NCBI RefSeq assembly: GCF_902713615.1
Contig: NC_052147.1
Location: 65,077,097-65,141,096 of the forward strand
Source: Scyliorhinus canicula
Lineage: Eukaryota
Reading direction: 5' to 3'
Length of the DNA stretch: 64,000 bases
Shown here: positions 38,775 to 50,879 of the stretch, one piece after another
Position numbering within the stretch: the stretch's first letter is position 1
Layout of the letters: each line of letters starts with the position of its first letter
Notes under the pieces: generated by a model
What the model was told of the DNA's origin: nothing
Database searches by the model: none
Seen by the model: only the letters and a program-made list of their open reading frames with translations
Program-made: the position numbers and the translations under genes

Positions 38775-39019
38775 TGGGCTGAACAACACGTTCACAAAGT
38801 GGAAGATTCATTTCTGGCCCTGTCCTAACAGCGATACACAAAGGTCGATAGATGTGGCTCCAGATGTACACAGGTTACAGGTCATGGTGCCTGGTTGCGG
38901 CTCAGGTTGCAGAGGCTCCAGTGGAGAAACCCTCGCACCAGCATCCCCATCACTTGCTGAATGTCTATGCATAATGCCCCACTGCTGCGTCAATATCTCT
39001 TTAAACAGTAGGTGCAACC

Positions 39020-39285
39020 CTGTGGCATTAAAAAGATGATTAAATATTTCATTTAAACCTGATGTTCAGAATAACACCACCAGCACTGGCTCCCAACCCA
39101 TTCTGGCTGAGGTAGACCCACCTCCTCGCTCTGCCATTGCCTTTCCACTCTCAGGGGCAAACCATTGCTGACCAAAATAAAACCTGCTCAGGATGGAGCA
39201 TCAGGAGATAATGAGGCAGGAGCCTAGCCTTGGGCACCAGCACACACATGAATGTAGCATGCTAGAAAATAACAAGGGAACTTAC
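39020..39285 (-). other. Probable 5'UTR intron of GPR135
   Basis: Donor CAT|GTAAGT at 39285 and acceptor TTTTTAATGCCACAG| ending at 39020. Confidence 0.45.
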
Positions 39286-39347
39286 ATGAGTAGCAGGAGC
39301 TCCAGCGACCTGCAGCCTGAGCCAGTGGCCAAAGAAACAAAAGACAA

Positions 39348-39400
39348 GTCACATGACCCGAGAATCACATGATCAGCTCCATGACGCAGGCACCGCCCAC
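39348..39400 (-). promoter_or_regulatory. Candidate GPR135 proximal promoter: two M-box/E-box elements, CRE half-site, GC box
   Basis: GTCATGTGAC (39357-39348), TCATGTGA (39372-39365), TGACGC, GGGCGG. Confidence 0.35.
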
Positions 39401-40827
39401 CTACAGCGAAACTGCACCAGGATGCAGTTGATGGCTCATATATTTATTATTTTTGTAGTGGATTTTTTTTTGGGCTGGATAGAAGTCTCACGTTTGCAGG
39501 AGCACCTGAAACATTTTACCAATGCGCGTTTTTGTAACGGGGAAGATTGATGTGCAGGAGGTGAGGCTTAAATTACACAAGAGGCTTTTAATGCGACAAC
39601 ATCAGCACTCACACATATAATCCAGAGGCGAGTCACTCCGACGAACAGGGAAATTAAACAGAAAACGCGGCGTCCACTTCGTTAAAAAAAAACAGTCCAG
39701 ATAATTTTAACACAGCGGTTAAAGGGGATAGGGGAACATGTTCAGTGACACAGTAACAACATAACATCGAAATGCACCACTGAAAAAGTGGCTAACCATC
39801 CCGAGACTGCGTCCCACTGAATGAATGCCCTTCCAGATCCTGATGTGACAGTTGCCAACACACAACCAGTAGTCTATCTGTCACACATTAACGTATGTCT
39901 GTGTTTCAGGGCAAAGCCGAGCTCTCTGCCGTACTTGGGACAAATTCAATGACTTGGATGATGCCCATTCTACAGGAAACTCTGAACCGGTAACCATTCT
40001 GCCACTAGGGAGCTTGAAGGATTTTAGTTCGGAACTGAAACACTTAACAACTAACCTCTGAATTAATGAAATGATTGAAGAGATACAGCCAAAAGCAGGA
40101 AATCTAATACCTGGCGCTCTCTTTTAATGAGACGAAGAGGAACGGGAAGATTCGACCATCAATGCATCCATCCCGAGTTAAAAACCAGCCCAAATAATCC
40201 CAGCACAAAGACATCGCGGTGCAAGGAGATACAGAGACGTGTCCAATGTTGCGGATTGCTCAGACCATTGGCAACTTTCGGACGCTTCAGTAATAACATT
40301 TTTATTGAAATCAAATAATTGTTTTTGGTTGCAATAAATCAAATATTTTTAATGTTATCAACGAGAGAGGCTGAAGTGTCACTTAAATGTAATTTAATGT
40401 TTTCAAACATTTACTAACGTTGAACACCAGAAACAGGAGTAAATGGTGTAGCCCTTGAACTCCTCCAACGTTCATTAGATCCAGGCTAACCTGCTTCAAC
40501 TCCACTTTCCTGCCTTCTCCTCGTATCCCTTAATTTCCCGAAGAACGGATATTTATCTCGGCTTTAAATATATTCAAGGATGGAGCAGTCAGAACATTCT
40601 GGGGTAAAGAATTCCAAAGATTCACATCCCAGTCCTAATTTAACAATCTAAGATGCCCAAGCAGAATCATGTACAGTTACAATCTCAATGTAAGAATTAT
40701 GGACATTTTCAAAAGCAAATTGGAAAAGAAAATGACGAGAGGGGGCGGGGTGGGGGGGGGGGGGGGGGGGGGTAATTGAACTACTTTTTCACAGAGGCAC
40801 CAGGATCTGAGTGGCCTCTTTCATAGC

Positions 40828-41341
40828 CCCTGGTCGCCACACTACCAGAAGGATGTAGATGTTTTGCAGAGGGTACAGAAGCGGTTTAGTAGGATGTTGC
40901 CTGGTATGAAGGGCATTAGCCATGAGGAGAGATTAGATAAATGCGGTCTGTTCTCACTGGAACGAGGGAGGTTGAGAGGTGACCTGACAGAGATCTGCAA
41001 GATTATGAGTGGCATGGATAGAGTGGATAGTTAGATGCTCTTCCCTAGGATAGGAGAGTCAAGTACTAGGGGACATGGTATAGGTTTAAAGTGCGTGGGG
41101 AAAAGTTTAGAACAGATGTGCGAGGCAAGTTTTTTTACACAGAGTGGTAAATATATGGAACGTGCTGCCTGGGGAGGTGGTGGGAGCAGGTACGATAGGG
41201 CATCTAGAAAATATATGAATAGGGTGGGAATAGAAGGACACTTACTCTGTAAGTATAGACGGTTTTAGTTTAGCCAGGTAACATGGTCGGAGCAGGCTTG
41301 GAGGGCCGAAGGGCCTGTTCCTGTGCTGTATTGTTCTTTGT
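40828..41341 (+). mobile_element. CR1/HER1 LINE 3' fragment
   Basis: ORF2 C-terminal remnant and tail. Confidence 0.85.
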
Positions 41342-41566
41342 AATCCCTACAGTGCAGGAGACCATTCAGCCCATCAATTCTGCACCGATCTCCGAAAGAG
41401 CACTCTACCTACGTCCACTCCCCTGCCCACCCTACTCTATCCCCATAACTGAACCCGCACATCGCTGGACACTAAGGGGCAATTTAGCATGACCGATCCA
41501 CCTAAGCTGCACAATCCCCCTGTGGGAGGAAACCAGTGAAGCCAGCTGAAACCCATGCAGACACAG

Positions 41567-42300
41567 GGGATGAAATTCTCCCATCGGGAGACTAAGTGTC
41601 GACACCGGAGTGAAAACCAGAGTGCTTCACTCCGGCATCGGAGGCCGCTCCTTGCCCCCTATTCTCCCATCCCCAGGGGGCTAGAAGTGGCGCCACATCA
41701 ATTACGCGTGCCGGGCCTTGGCGCCGCGTCAAAGCGGCGGCGCGTAAATTACGCGGCCGGCGGCGCATACACGACGTCACCCGCGCATGCACAGGTTGGC
41801 CGGCGTCAACCCACGCATGCACGGTTGCCGTCCTGCCCGAGGGCGCCCCGCAAGACATGGAGGATTGATCTTGCGGGGCGGCGGAGGAAAAGAGTGCGTC
41901 CTTTAGAGACGCCGGCCCGCCGATCGGTGGGCACCGATCGCGGGCCAGACCCCTACTGAGCGCCCCCTGGTGCTCGATCCTCCGTCCCTCCCCCCCCCCC
42001 ACAGGCCGCAGACGCAGCATGCGCACGCTGTTCACGGCGGCAGCGACCAGGTGTGGTTGGTGCCGGCGCGAACCCGTCGGATTGAGCAGGCCGCTCGGCC
42101 CATCTGGGCCAGAGAATCGCTGCTCGACCGTTAGAAATGGCGAGTGGCGATTCTCCGAGCGACCTGTCGTGAAACGCGGCACGCCGTTTTTTTGGGGGGG
42201 GGGGTGGGAGAATCGCGTACGGGTGTCAGGGCGGCGTGGCGGGAATCGCCCGGCACTCCCGCGATTCTCCCACCTGACGTGGGGGTCGGAGAATTGCGCC
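41567..42300. mobile_element. GC-rich Harbinger-like MITE, copy 3, inserted in an HE1 SINE (41342-42380, minus)
   Basis: Imperfect TIR GGGATGAAATTCTCC / GGAGAATTGCGCC; TSD CAG (41564-41566, 42301-42303); opposite orientation to copy 2. Confidence 0.85.
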
Positions 42301-43079
42301 CAGGGTGAAGTTGGAAACTCCACACAGAGTAACCCGAGGGTGGAACTGAACCCAGGTCCAAGTGCTAACCACTGTGCCACCTGCCTCTTTCTGTGTACTA
42401 TTTTATTTTACTTTATTACAATTACTGAAATATCATTATGATCCCCATTCTAACATCTTTCACTGTCCTAACCAACACACGTCCCTAATTGTTTTGGCAT
42501 GCATGACCTTTTTAAACATAGTTTTGCATAGTTGCGCATACACTGTAACTTCTAGTGGCTGACTGCAGTCTGTAACTGGAACTACGGCCTTTGCCCCAGA
42601 ACTTAAAGATAGCATTGGTCCTAATGTTGCTTTGTATTTGCAAATGTTATCTTCAATTTAACCGGAATGTAGGGAACAATATCAATTTATGTTTGTTTAT
42701 TTAAATGCAATGACAAAGGAACGGTTTTCTTACTGAGTAGGGTGAGAGAAAACAATTTTCTAAGTACAACACAATCCAATAAGTGAATTTTTTTTTTTAA
42801 TAGCATCAAAGCTAAGATCTGTTATCGTTAATGGTATGGGAGTATGGCCCATCAGTGAATTGTGCTGATAGATTTGGATTTATTTAGTGATCGAGCAGTA
42901 ATTACTTTTAACAAAGGCCTGAAAGCTACAATTTTCCTGTACACTTCCAACAGAAGTAGGAAATCATGTCATTTTCACTTAGCTCATCACAGTAATTTAT
43001 TTACTAGTTTATAGATCTTAAGCTCTCTGCCTGAAGGCAGGTATAACCCACATTGGCATGACCTCCACCTTAATGACAG

Positions 43080-43580
43080 GCCCCGAATCCACTCCACATG
43101 GCCATATGCCCAACGATGGCAGATCATACCAAACAGCATATTCTGTTGGCTGTTCACAATCGGCAGTGTACTCACTGTACCCAGCCAGCCCATGCTTGTA
43201 AAACTCAGAACATAAATTCTAATTTTCGATGTTATTCTACAATTGGACAGCACTTGTTTGCTAAGAATTTCACTGACAAACAATTTTAAATTATCAGCTG
43301 GGATCGTAATATGCTGGGAGCTACATCAATTCCAAAGCAAAGACTTGTCCACTGCAACCAAAAATATGTCCAGGCATTGCACCTTTTAAAAAATTAAACA
43401 CAAGAGTGAGGGACAATAGTTTCCTGGAACTTTCTCCATGGCAACAACATGACCAATCAGAGTGAACTTGTCACCCAATGAGCACCAGTTTCCCATGTGG
43501 TAGAAATTATTGCTCCCTTTGAAATTTGGCATTCTTGCATCTGCCCTGATGAGTACAAGACATGCTTTGACATGCACGTC
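43080..43580 (+). mobile_element. Possible old PLE 3' remnant with a decayed hammerhead start
   Basis: STIGQHL..F.II endonuclease-like remnant and CCTGATGAG at about 43545. Confidence 0.4.
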
Positions 43581-43601
43581 TCACTATATATAGAAATGTT
43601 G

Positions 43602-43832
43602 TTTAGTTAAAGTCACCATTGTCTGAGATGACCATGGGCTGCTTTCCCTTTTGAGGGGGAGAGCTGACTGGTGGTGATTTAACCTGAGGATCACCACACC
43701 TCAGGCGAGGGGCAAGGTTGAGAAGGCAGGCCTTCATGAATGACCTCAACCAGTGCGGGAATTGAACCCACGTTGCTGGTCCTGTTCTGCATCGCAAACC
43801 GGCTGTCTAGCCCACTGAGCTGAACCGGCCCC
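43602..43832 (-). mobile_element. tRNA-derived SINE (non-HE1 family)
   Basis: Head GGGGCCGGTTCAGCTCAGTGG..GGTTCAATTCC on the minus strand. Confidence 0.75.
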
Positions 43833-44312
43833 GGGTAGTATTTTCAGCTGAAAAAAAACAATTAACTTTAATGCAGAGTAATTTTCTTTACTTCTGTTTT
43901 TCTAAATGGGAACATTTATTGCTAATTATTTGCAAAAAGTTTGTATTAATTAGTGTTTATGTCAACATTCTAATTTCCCCCACCCAAAAAAAGACTGGCA
44001 TTTATATAGCATGTTTCATGACGGGACATACAAAATGAAGTATTTTTGAAGTGTTATCAATGGAGTAATATAGTAAACAATTTAATTTTAAAAAGCAATA
44101 AAAGTTTCCTCCTTAAAATAGAAAGGGAGGTTACAGGTTGAACTGCCACTGGGTACCAAATAAAGGGGTTAAAAATGGCATATATGGGAGACTAAAGGTC
44201 AGGTGAGTGACAATGGAGCAAAAAAAAGGGTGGTGAGGGGGGAGTTACAAGGTCACGGCCGGTATTTCAAAGAAGAGGTAGAGATATTGAGGGGATGGCA
44301 GTAAATAGTGGG

Positions 44313-44675
44313 CACAGTAAGAAGTCTTACAACACCAGGTTAAAGTCCAACAGGTTTGTTTCAAACACGAGCTTTCGGAGCACGGCTCCTTCTTCAGGTG
44401 AATGGAAAGGCTTGTTCCAGAAATGTTTATATAGACACAGTCAGAGATGCCCCGGAATGCGAGCACCTGTAGGCAATCAAACTGCAGGTGCTCGCATTCC
44501 GGGGCATCTCTGACTGTGTCTATATAAACATTTCTGGAACAAGCCTTTCCATTCACCTGAAGAAGGAGCCGTGCTCCGAAAGCTCGTGTTTGAAACAAAC
44601 CTGTTGGACTTTAACCTGGTGTTGTAAGACTTCTTACTGTGCTCACCCCAGTCCAACGCCGGCATCTCCACATCA
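44313..44675 (+). mobile_element. PLE pseudo-LTR fold-back insertion (about 160-bp inverted arms + tail), same subfamily as 9945-12331
   Basis: 14-bp TSD CAGTAAATAGTGGG (44299-44312, 44676-44689); hammerhead motifs at 44554-44588 (+) and 44366-44400 (-). Confidence 0.93.
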
Positions 44676-46597
44676 CAGTAAATAGTGGGATAGTGAAGGG
44701 GTAACTTAAATATGAGTGATTGGCGATCCACTGCAGGCCATACTGTCCCACACCCACACTCCAAATGCAGTTGTTTGTGGACCCGTTCCTATCCCATCCA
44801 AAGAAATTAAAATGAACAAAGAAGCAGAATTACATGATCTGAACTGAAGTAAAAGAAACCAAGACACACCAACATAAAGACATCAAACTGACTATATTCA
44901 ATAACTTACTATGTTTGTTTGGCATTAAGTCTAATGTATAGCAGTCACATTTGTTGCAACCTTCTCCGTCATTGTGGCACAAGAGCTGTATTAAGTGGCC
45001 TCACGATGCAGAGTTTGTGTCTGGCTGCAGGTGAGAAAGCGGCAAATTTAATCACATTGGGATTAGTTTCCTTTAGTGAACAGGTTCAGGGGCTTAATGA
45101 TCTACTCTTAGATCCAAATTATTTCAGATGATTCAACTTTTGGTTCTTGTTCACCTCAAACTCTTTTCATACCTCAAGTGGCCATTTTTCAGTGAGCCGG
45201 TAGACCATAGAACGGTGGAGGAAATCACAGCTGAAACAGATCCTTTCTTCATCCAACATTTAATGTATCGGTGCACTTATCGGTATGAATTGCTGTGTAG
45301 TCATTGGGAACGACAGCTTGCATTTAGAAAGCACCTTTAACACGGTCAATGTCCAAAGCCACTTCAGAGGGCAATGCCAAACATCACTTGACATCTAGCC
45401 ACACAAGGAGATTTTTAAGACAGGTCACCAAAGGTCTGATTGAAACAGTTGGTTTTAAGGTCTATCTTTAAGGACGAAAGGTGGAGGAGAAAGAGGCTTA
45501 TGGAGGAAATTGCAGAGCTCGAGGCCCAGGCAGCTGAAGCATGATCGCTAATGAAGTGATTACAATTTGGGATTTGCTTTACCATTATTAATCAAGGCTA
45601 CTGTGAATAACTGAGATTAAGTAATTTATTGGAATGGGAATGAAACCTAGAATTTCACCTCTGATGATAATTGATCTTTGAACATGTACTACAATGAAAT
45701 ATATTTAACTACTTGTCACCCGAGTTTCATTCTAAAAAAAGGAGCTGGATCTTAATAGCGCAGACATTGAGGCAATTGGCATTCCTCAGCTATCCTGGTT
45801 ATGTTTTTGCACAGTCTAACATCAAATGATCATGTCACATGGCAAAAGTAATGCACGTAGAGTCAGATAACGTGCTGTCCTGATCTCCAGCTGTCTTTTT
45901 AATTAAATATGAGATATACAAGTTACAGAATTATGCAAGTTAACAATTATAAAAAAATAATCTGCATTTAATACAAATTTCAAGTTGTAGCTCTCATAAT
46001 TACTTTCCCTGGTAGCAAAATGCAATTGAAAACCTTTTTATGTATAGAAATTTCACTTTTGAAATGATTGTGCTGATATTTAAAAACAGTGACTTTACAG
46101 GTTCTGGGTTTTCAAAGCATATTCCAAGGTTCAGATTAATAACTTCAATAGCAGCAAAAGTGCATTGTGACTCAATGGCAATAGAATTATTCTGCAGATA
46201 AACACAATTGTCAGATTGCACTGTATCCTCACGATTAATATTGCAGAATTTCACTACATAATGCACTAGTAACTAATGGAAATGCACATGGTGCAGATTG
46301 AAATATCAGTTTAGATTTACTCAGCATGAAACATTTCTAGTGTAAAACAGATTTTAAAAATCTTAACTCAATATTTGGTTCAAAATTCATTGTACATTGT
46401 AAATATTTTAACTTATGGTTTAGCTAAACGCATGATATGAACTTAATTATACAACAATAATTCATAATGCACACGATATTAAGATTCATATAAAGAGTGC
46501 TGAATTGCACTTGGGAAGAATGCATGTTTAGGACGCTAACATTATTAAAATACCAGTTTGATTCTTAAAGACAAATGATTGGATTTTTTTTGCGGCT

Positions 46598-46723
46598 TTA
46601 TCGGAGAAGAAACCCGTCTTTCAGATCATCATCATCTTCCACGTAAAAGCTTGCTGTGCCCGTGTAATGTGCTTGTCCTGATACTTCCACTATAACAGCT
46701 TTGAAATCGCCACATTTTGTTTC
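46598..46723 (-). CDS. L3HYPDH: L3HYPDH orthologue exon 5 (ETKCGDFKAVIVEVSGQAHYTGTASFYVEDDDDLKDGFLLR*)
   Basis: TTCCCAG acceptor, phase 0, family C-terminal D..D.L..GFLL motif, TAA stop. Confidence 0.93.
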   Translation of the reverse strand, partial: ETKCGDFKAVIVEVSGQAHYTGTASFYVEDDDDLKDGFLLR

Positions 46724-48103
46724 CTGGGAAAAAATAAATTTTTAGCAGCCTTGTCACAATGTTGCTCATGGTCAGTTGGCAGATAATAAAACAGCCGTTG
46801 CTGTATAAATGTAACAGGGCAAGTGACGCCAAAGCCTATGCTATATACTAAAACTTTAATATCACTCCAACTTGGAATGTAATAACAATCAAAAATGTCC
46901 AGTCGACCCAATCTATCCTCCTATGATAACCCTGCCATTCCAGACATCAGTCTGGTGATTCTTTGTTGCACATCCTCTCTGGCACTCTTCCAGGTTAAGG
47001 ACTCAAAAGCTCCAGTAGGCTTGTCAGTAGATTTCCCTTTTCTAAATGTTGACTTTAACTAATCTCACTTATATTTTCAAAGTGCCCTGTTATCACATAT
47101 ATAGACATTAGCATTTTACCTATTACTGATTTTAGGTGAAGCAGTCTGTAATGCTCTGTTTTCTCCTTCCCTTTTTTTAAATAGAGAGGTTACATTTGAC
47201 ACCCTCCAATCTGCCAGGTGTGGAACTTTGAGAGTACTAGCGAAACGCTGACCTGAAGAGAATGACGGCACTACTGTTCTTATGTATTGTCATATTAATC
47301 AAACATTGTGTAGGAGGTGAACTGCATACTAACACCTTAATGTACAAGTCTCACTCGTACGCCGAGAGGGTAAATAAATCCAGTTGTTGGGATTGTACAC
47401 AAATTCCCAGATGTTTGGGGGAGGACATCCCTATTTGTGCGACCTATCCCATTCACTAGTAACGAGATAGCAGAATGGGCTCTAAGATGAAATAGTACAG
47501 GACGTGGTGAAGATACAGAATATGCTAGATTGGATATCAGCTGGATACGATATGAATAGGTTTGAGGGAAGGTGATGGCCTAGCTTTAATGTAACATGTC
47601 AACCGCTCGGTTTGATCCTTCTCAATTATACTGGAGTCCCAAAAGGAAGTATATGTTTTAAGAAACATAAAACATATGGGACCACTCAGTAGGCATGAGT
47701 CAGTGTGATCAGACCTTGAATTAGCAACCCTCTTGCATCTCACAGCTAAAGGATTATTGATCTTTGATTGGTCAGGAGTTGAAAATCAAACTAGTGGAGG
47801 CTCTTGGGAAGGAGATCCTATCAGAATAATGATGATTGATAGTAGAGAAAACCTGACCGCAAATAACGGCACATATTTTATCTGTGGCCATAAGGTTACC
47901 AGACAATTGGGAAGGCTCCTGCTATTTGGGATATGTAGTCCCTTATGTGCGCCACGTTCAGCAATTGCAGGACCATCCACATCATAGGACAACACAAAGT
48001 ATTATGACATGGGCACAAATGCTGGGAATAATGATACCACCATTAGGAATAGCCACTAATGCATACGAACTACGTGAACTACAAGGCATCCTTGAGCAGG
48101 TAT

Positions 48104-48262
48104 GAAATGGATGAAAATGAAAATCCCTTGTCACAAGTAGGCTTCAAATGAAGTTAGTGTGAAAAGCCCCTAGTCGCCACAATCCGGCACCTGTTCGGGG
48201 AGGCTGGTACAGGAATTGAACCGTGCTGCTGCCCTGCCTTGGTCTGCATTCAAAGCCAGCGC
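48104..48262 (-). mobile_element. Short tRNA-derived SINE inserted in env
   Basis: Same family as 21346; flanked by GCAGGTA/GCAGATA. Confidence 0.8.
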
Positions 48263-48549
48263 AGATAGCTAATGATACTGCAGAAGCTGTTAACCAGGTA
48301 GAAACTGAGATGTTGCCCTGCAGAATAGAATGACCCTTGATTTCTTGTTAGCTGAAAAGGAGCTCTGATTGGAAGTGACTGTTGCACGTACATCCCTGAT
48401 AACGCAGAGAAAATTGATAATCTGGTGGATCACATTCGTAGAGAGGTAACAAGATTACATGAAAATGAGGGATGGGACTTTGGCTTTGAGTGGTTAGGAT
48501 CATTCGGACAGGATCGTTCGGACAGAAGATTGTGTTCTGGATTATAATC

Positions 48550-48743
48550 ATGATGTGGAGATGCCGGCGTTGGACTGGGGTGAGCACAGTAAGAAGTCTT
48601 ACAACACCAGGTTAAAGTCCAACAGGTTTGATTCAAACACAAGCTTTCGGAGCGCTCCTTCACCTGAGGAAGGAGCTGCGCTCCGAAAGCTCGTGTTTGA
48701 ATCAAACCTGTTGGACTTTAACCTGGTGTTGTAAGACTTCTTA
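48550..48743 (-). mobile_element. PLE pseudo-LTR fold-back insertion in env
   Basis: 13-bp TSD CTGGATTATAATC (48537-48549, 48744-48756); hammerhead motif at 48661-48695. Confidence 0.92.
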
Positions 48744-49065
48744 CTGGATTATAATCGCCATTGTAATCGTAATTGTTGTATGGTTGCTGTTTAAATGGTG
48801 TACAGGGTATTGTACAAACATGGGAACAGCCCTAGCAGCATTGCTTCCTTGGTACCAGCCTCATAACATGCAAGGAACTGTCATACGTCCGTTCCCCTTA
48901 CATTCTAAATCGCTGGCTTTGAAAGCAGACCAAGGCAGGCCAGCAGCACGGTTCGATTCCTGTATCAGCCTCCCTGAACAGGCGCTGGAATGTGGCGACT
49001 CGGGGCTTTTCACAGTAACTTCATTTGAAGCTTACTTGTGACAATAAGTGGTTTTCATTTCATTT

Positions 49066-49290
49066 ATTTTTTATAAATTTAGAGTACCCAATTATTTTAT
49101 CCAATTAAGGGGCAATTTAGCATGGCCAATCCACCTAGCCTGCACATCTTTTGGGTTGTGGGGGTGAAACCGACGCAGACACGGGGAGAATGTGCAAACT
49201 CCATACAGACAGTGACCCAGGGCGGGGTTCGTACCTGGGTCCTCAGCGCCATAGGCAGCAATGCTAACCACTTTGCCACCGTGCTGCCCC
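49066..49290 (-). mobile_element. V-SINE (A-rich tail type)
   Basis: Same family as 8249 and 59428. Confidence 0.82.
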
Positions 49291-50879
49291 TTCATTTCAT
49301 TTATAAGCCACCCTTCTCTATGGAGGACATGATACCAGAACTGTTCCAGAATCTACAGAATTTTGGAAGATGACAACCAACATATCCACTATTCCCATGG
49401 TACCCTGGGATATAGATTATCAGGCCCTGGGGCTTTATCGGCTTTCAGTCCCATTAATTTCCTTCAATTCCTCCTTCTCACTAGACTTTGGTCCCTCAGC
49501 ATTTCTGGGAAGTTATTGGTGTCATCCTCCGTGAAGACAGAACTTAAGTAGTTGTTTAATCGCTCTGCCATTTCCTTGTTCTCGATTATAAATTCTGCTC
49601 TTTCAGACTGTACTTCACTAATCTTTTTTCTTTTTACATATTTAGGGAGGCTTTTACAGTTCACTTTCATATTACTTGAAAGTTTACTCTTGATGGAAAT
49701 CAGCTATTTCTGATAGGTAAAAGGCCATTTTAATGTAAATATTAAAGCCCAGTCTTTAATACCCATTTTAAAAGAAGTATTTCAGTATTCATAAAACACA
49801 CAAAACACACAACTTACAACAGAGGTACAAAGCTTGACACATCAACAAACTAATTGAAGATAAAAACGGCATTTTTACTGACAATATGAATGGACTATTG
49901 TTTCAATGAACAGATTTCAAAGTAAGTTTCATATTAAGAAATGAGCTGTACCAGTAATCAAGATCAAGGTCAAAATAAGCACCATAGCAATATGAAGCCA
50001 CCATTGTTCAGAATATGGATAAAGTGAAAGTCAGCAGAAAACCAGTAAAACCCAGACTTGATTACAGCACAGTAAAACATGAAACATTTAAAACTTATGT
50101 TGCACTTTGAGGATTGACAGTTAACCATCCAATCAAATGTATTTGTAACTCACCCAAACCAATTAGGACGACATAGAGGTATGGACAGATGGCCTCAGAC
50201 TGATAACATTTTCCTTAAACACGAGAGTTCAGACAGCCATTTTCTATCCAGGTTCACTCTATACTTTGATCAAACTACTTGCTTCCTTATTTTCACCTTT
50301 CCACTCTAACTCTTGACGTTCGCGCAAGCTGTTTTGCTTTAAGCAAGAAACCACTTCTGTATTATTTTTGAAAGTTAAAATTATTCTACAAGTTACTTCT
50401 CTTTAAGTCTTTTGCTGGCAAGGCTTTATTGAGAACAGATTTAAGTTTCTCTCAATTGTAATCAGTAGAGGCAATAAAAGATTCTTACTTACATCTGAGA
50501 AGTGCAACTCAAATTTCTACCAAGTTCTGTAGTGTTTGCGAGACTGCACTTGAACAGCATGGTAGATCTCTACAATTCTCATACTCTATTTTTCCCCTCT
50601 TAATCCTTGTTTGCTGGGTTCAGAATTGCTCCCAACCCTCAGGTTTGATACTTCTTCCACCAACTTTATACAACTCCACTTTGGGTCCAATACTATCCTT
50701 ACTTTCTTTTGTAAGCCATGGTTGAGCTGCTTTTCTTGTATAGATCTTTTCAAGAAGACCCTGTCCAATCTGCAGACTTGGGGTCACCTAGAGCATTCCA
50801 GTCTCCAACACGAGACCAACTTGCTTCTATTTTTGCTAATGTTTCTTATTCTCAGTTAAAACTATTTCTGAAATGACTC

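Larger units (their letters stand above)
47219..48860 (+). pseudogene. Decayed retroviral env (gamma-type TM) in L3HYPDH intron 4
   Basis: Signal peptide MTALLFLCIVILI, CWDC, GTYFICG, LPDNWEGSCYLG, ISD QNRMTLDFLLAEK, DCCTYIPDN, TM WIIIAIVIVIVVWLL; several frameshifts and stops. Confidence 0.85.
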
